A stretch of 64,000 bases of DNA from a bacterium (GTDB taxonomy: Bacteria; UBA8248): contig CBDATS010000005.1 of assembly GCA_965200245.1 (NCBI GenBank), positions 224,001 to 288,000 on the forward strand, read 5' to 3'. The notes beneath the pieces are model-generated. The model did not search any database. It was given only the letters and a program-made list of their open reading frames with translations, and had not been told where the DNA came from. Shown in pieces: positions 63,167 to 64,000 of this stretch (the first letter of the stretch is position 1; every line of letters starts with the position of its first letter). The position numbers and the translations under genes are program-made.

Positions 63167-64000
63167 ATGACCACATATGCTGACGTGGTTGCGGACGTTC
63201 TTGAGGACGCAGGCATCGAGTTTATATTTGGGGTGCCTGGAAGCTTAAGTTCAGTCGAACTCATCGAAGCCGCCAGAAAACGCGACATTCGCTACATCCT
63301 TTGCAGTAACGAGAGCAGCGCTGCCGTGATGGCGGGGACATACGGAATCATGACGAGGCGGCCAGGAGTCGTCAGCACAGGAGTCGGTCCGGGGGCGGCT
63401 GCCGTCCTCCACGGCGTGGCAAACAATTTCCTGGAACGCGCACCATGCCTTATTTTGACCGACCGCTTCTCTGATGAACAGTTCCGCCGTCAAGGCAGGC
63501 AAAGGCTTGATCAGGATCGGTTGCTGCGCCCCATTACAAAAGCCACCTTCAAACTCGCGAAGGATAACGCGGCGGTAGTCATCAGACGGGCACTGACTCT
63601 GGCCAACGAAGGGAGGCCGGGGCCCGTACATGTGGATCTCCCGTACGACGTAATGCAGGCGAGCGCAGGAAAAGATGATTTCCCTCCTAAAGAGGACCCT
63701 CAGAAATATATTGGACGCATCGGGTCGGCTCACCCGGGAATCCGCACTACTCTCAAGGCGATCTCGGAGTCGAGCAACCCGATAGTGATCGCGGGGTTGC
63801 AGGTAAACCGATCGGGAGAAGAGGCGAAAAAAGAGTTCGTTTCTTTCGCCGAAAAACTCGGAGCTCCCGTTCTCGCCGCACCCTCTGCGAAGGGCGTGTT
63901 GCCGGAACACCACCCCCTCGCCATGGGTACCTTCCGGGGTGCTCCATCAGAACGGGAATTGATCGACAAGTCGGACCTGTTCATCTTGGTAGGCTTCGAT
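63167..64000 (+). CDS. Thiamine-pyrophosphate-binding enzyme (acetolactate synthase-like), runs off the window
   Basis: Manual translation MTTYADVVADVLEDAGIEFIFGVPG...NESSAAVMAG...GPG...GRPGPVHVDLPYD. Confidence 0.88.
   Translation, partial: MTTYADVVADVLEDAGIEFIFGVPGSLSSVELIEAARKRDIRYILCSNESSAAVMAGTYGIMTRRPGVVSTGVGPGAAAVLHGVANNFLERAPCLILTDRFSDEQFRRQGRQRLDQDRLLRPITKATFKLAKDNAAVVIRRALTLANEGRPGPVHVDLPYDVMQASAGKDDFPPKEDPQKYIGRIGSAHPGIRTTLKAISESSNPIVIAGLQVNRSGEEAKKEFVSFAEKLGAPVLAAPSAKGVLPEHHPLAMGTFRGAPSERELIDKSDLFILVGFD

Overview
GC-rich bacterial chromosomal window, mostly metabolic, with no transposase, integrase, prophage or CRISPR array recognised. Housekeeping blocks: gap-pgk-tpiA-secG, a peptide ABC transporter, tRNA-Leu(GAG), def, rimI, an M16 peptidase pair, YqeY, a LeuC/LeuD-like pair and ilvD. 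Catabolic genes of unknown substrate are abundant: CocE/NonD, SDRs, hydantoinase A/B, a succinate-dehydrogenase-like plus class I fumarase-like operon, acetamidases and cupins. There is also a siroheme nitrite/sulfite reductase cluster. The most notable signals are missed by the ORF track. Two genes read through in-frame UGA codons at catalytic-cysteine positions, and each UGA is followed by a SECIS-like hairpin: a DUF442/Blh phosphatase-like sulfurtransferase with two putative selenocysteines (61625-62089) and a DsbA/FrnE-like protein with a CxxU motif (45385-46044). Also present are an orphan NHLP-leader RiPP precursor with a 6-residue aromatic core and several disrupted genes (two amber nonsense codons, a 38-bp tandem duplication, a C9 frameshift, a decayed acetamidase copy). 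All assignments come from motif recognition by eye; no searches were run.
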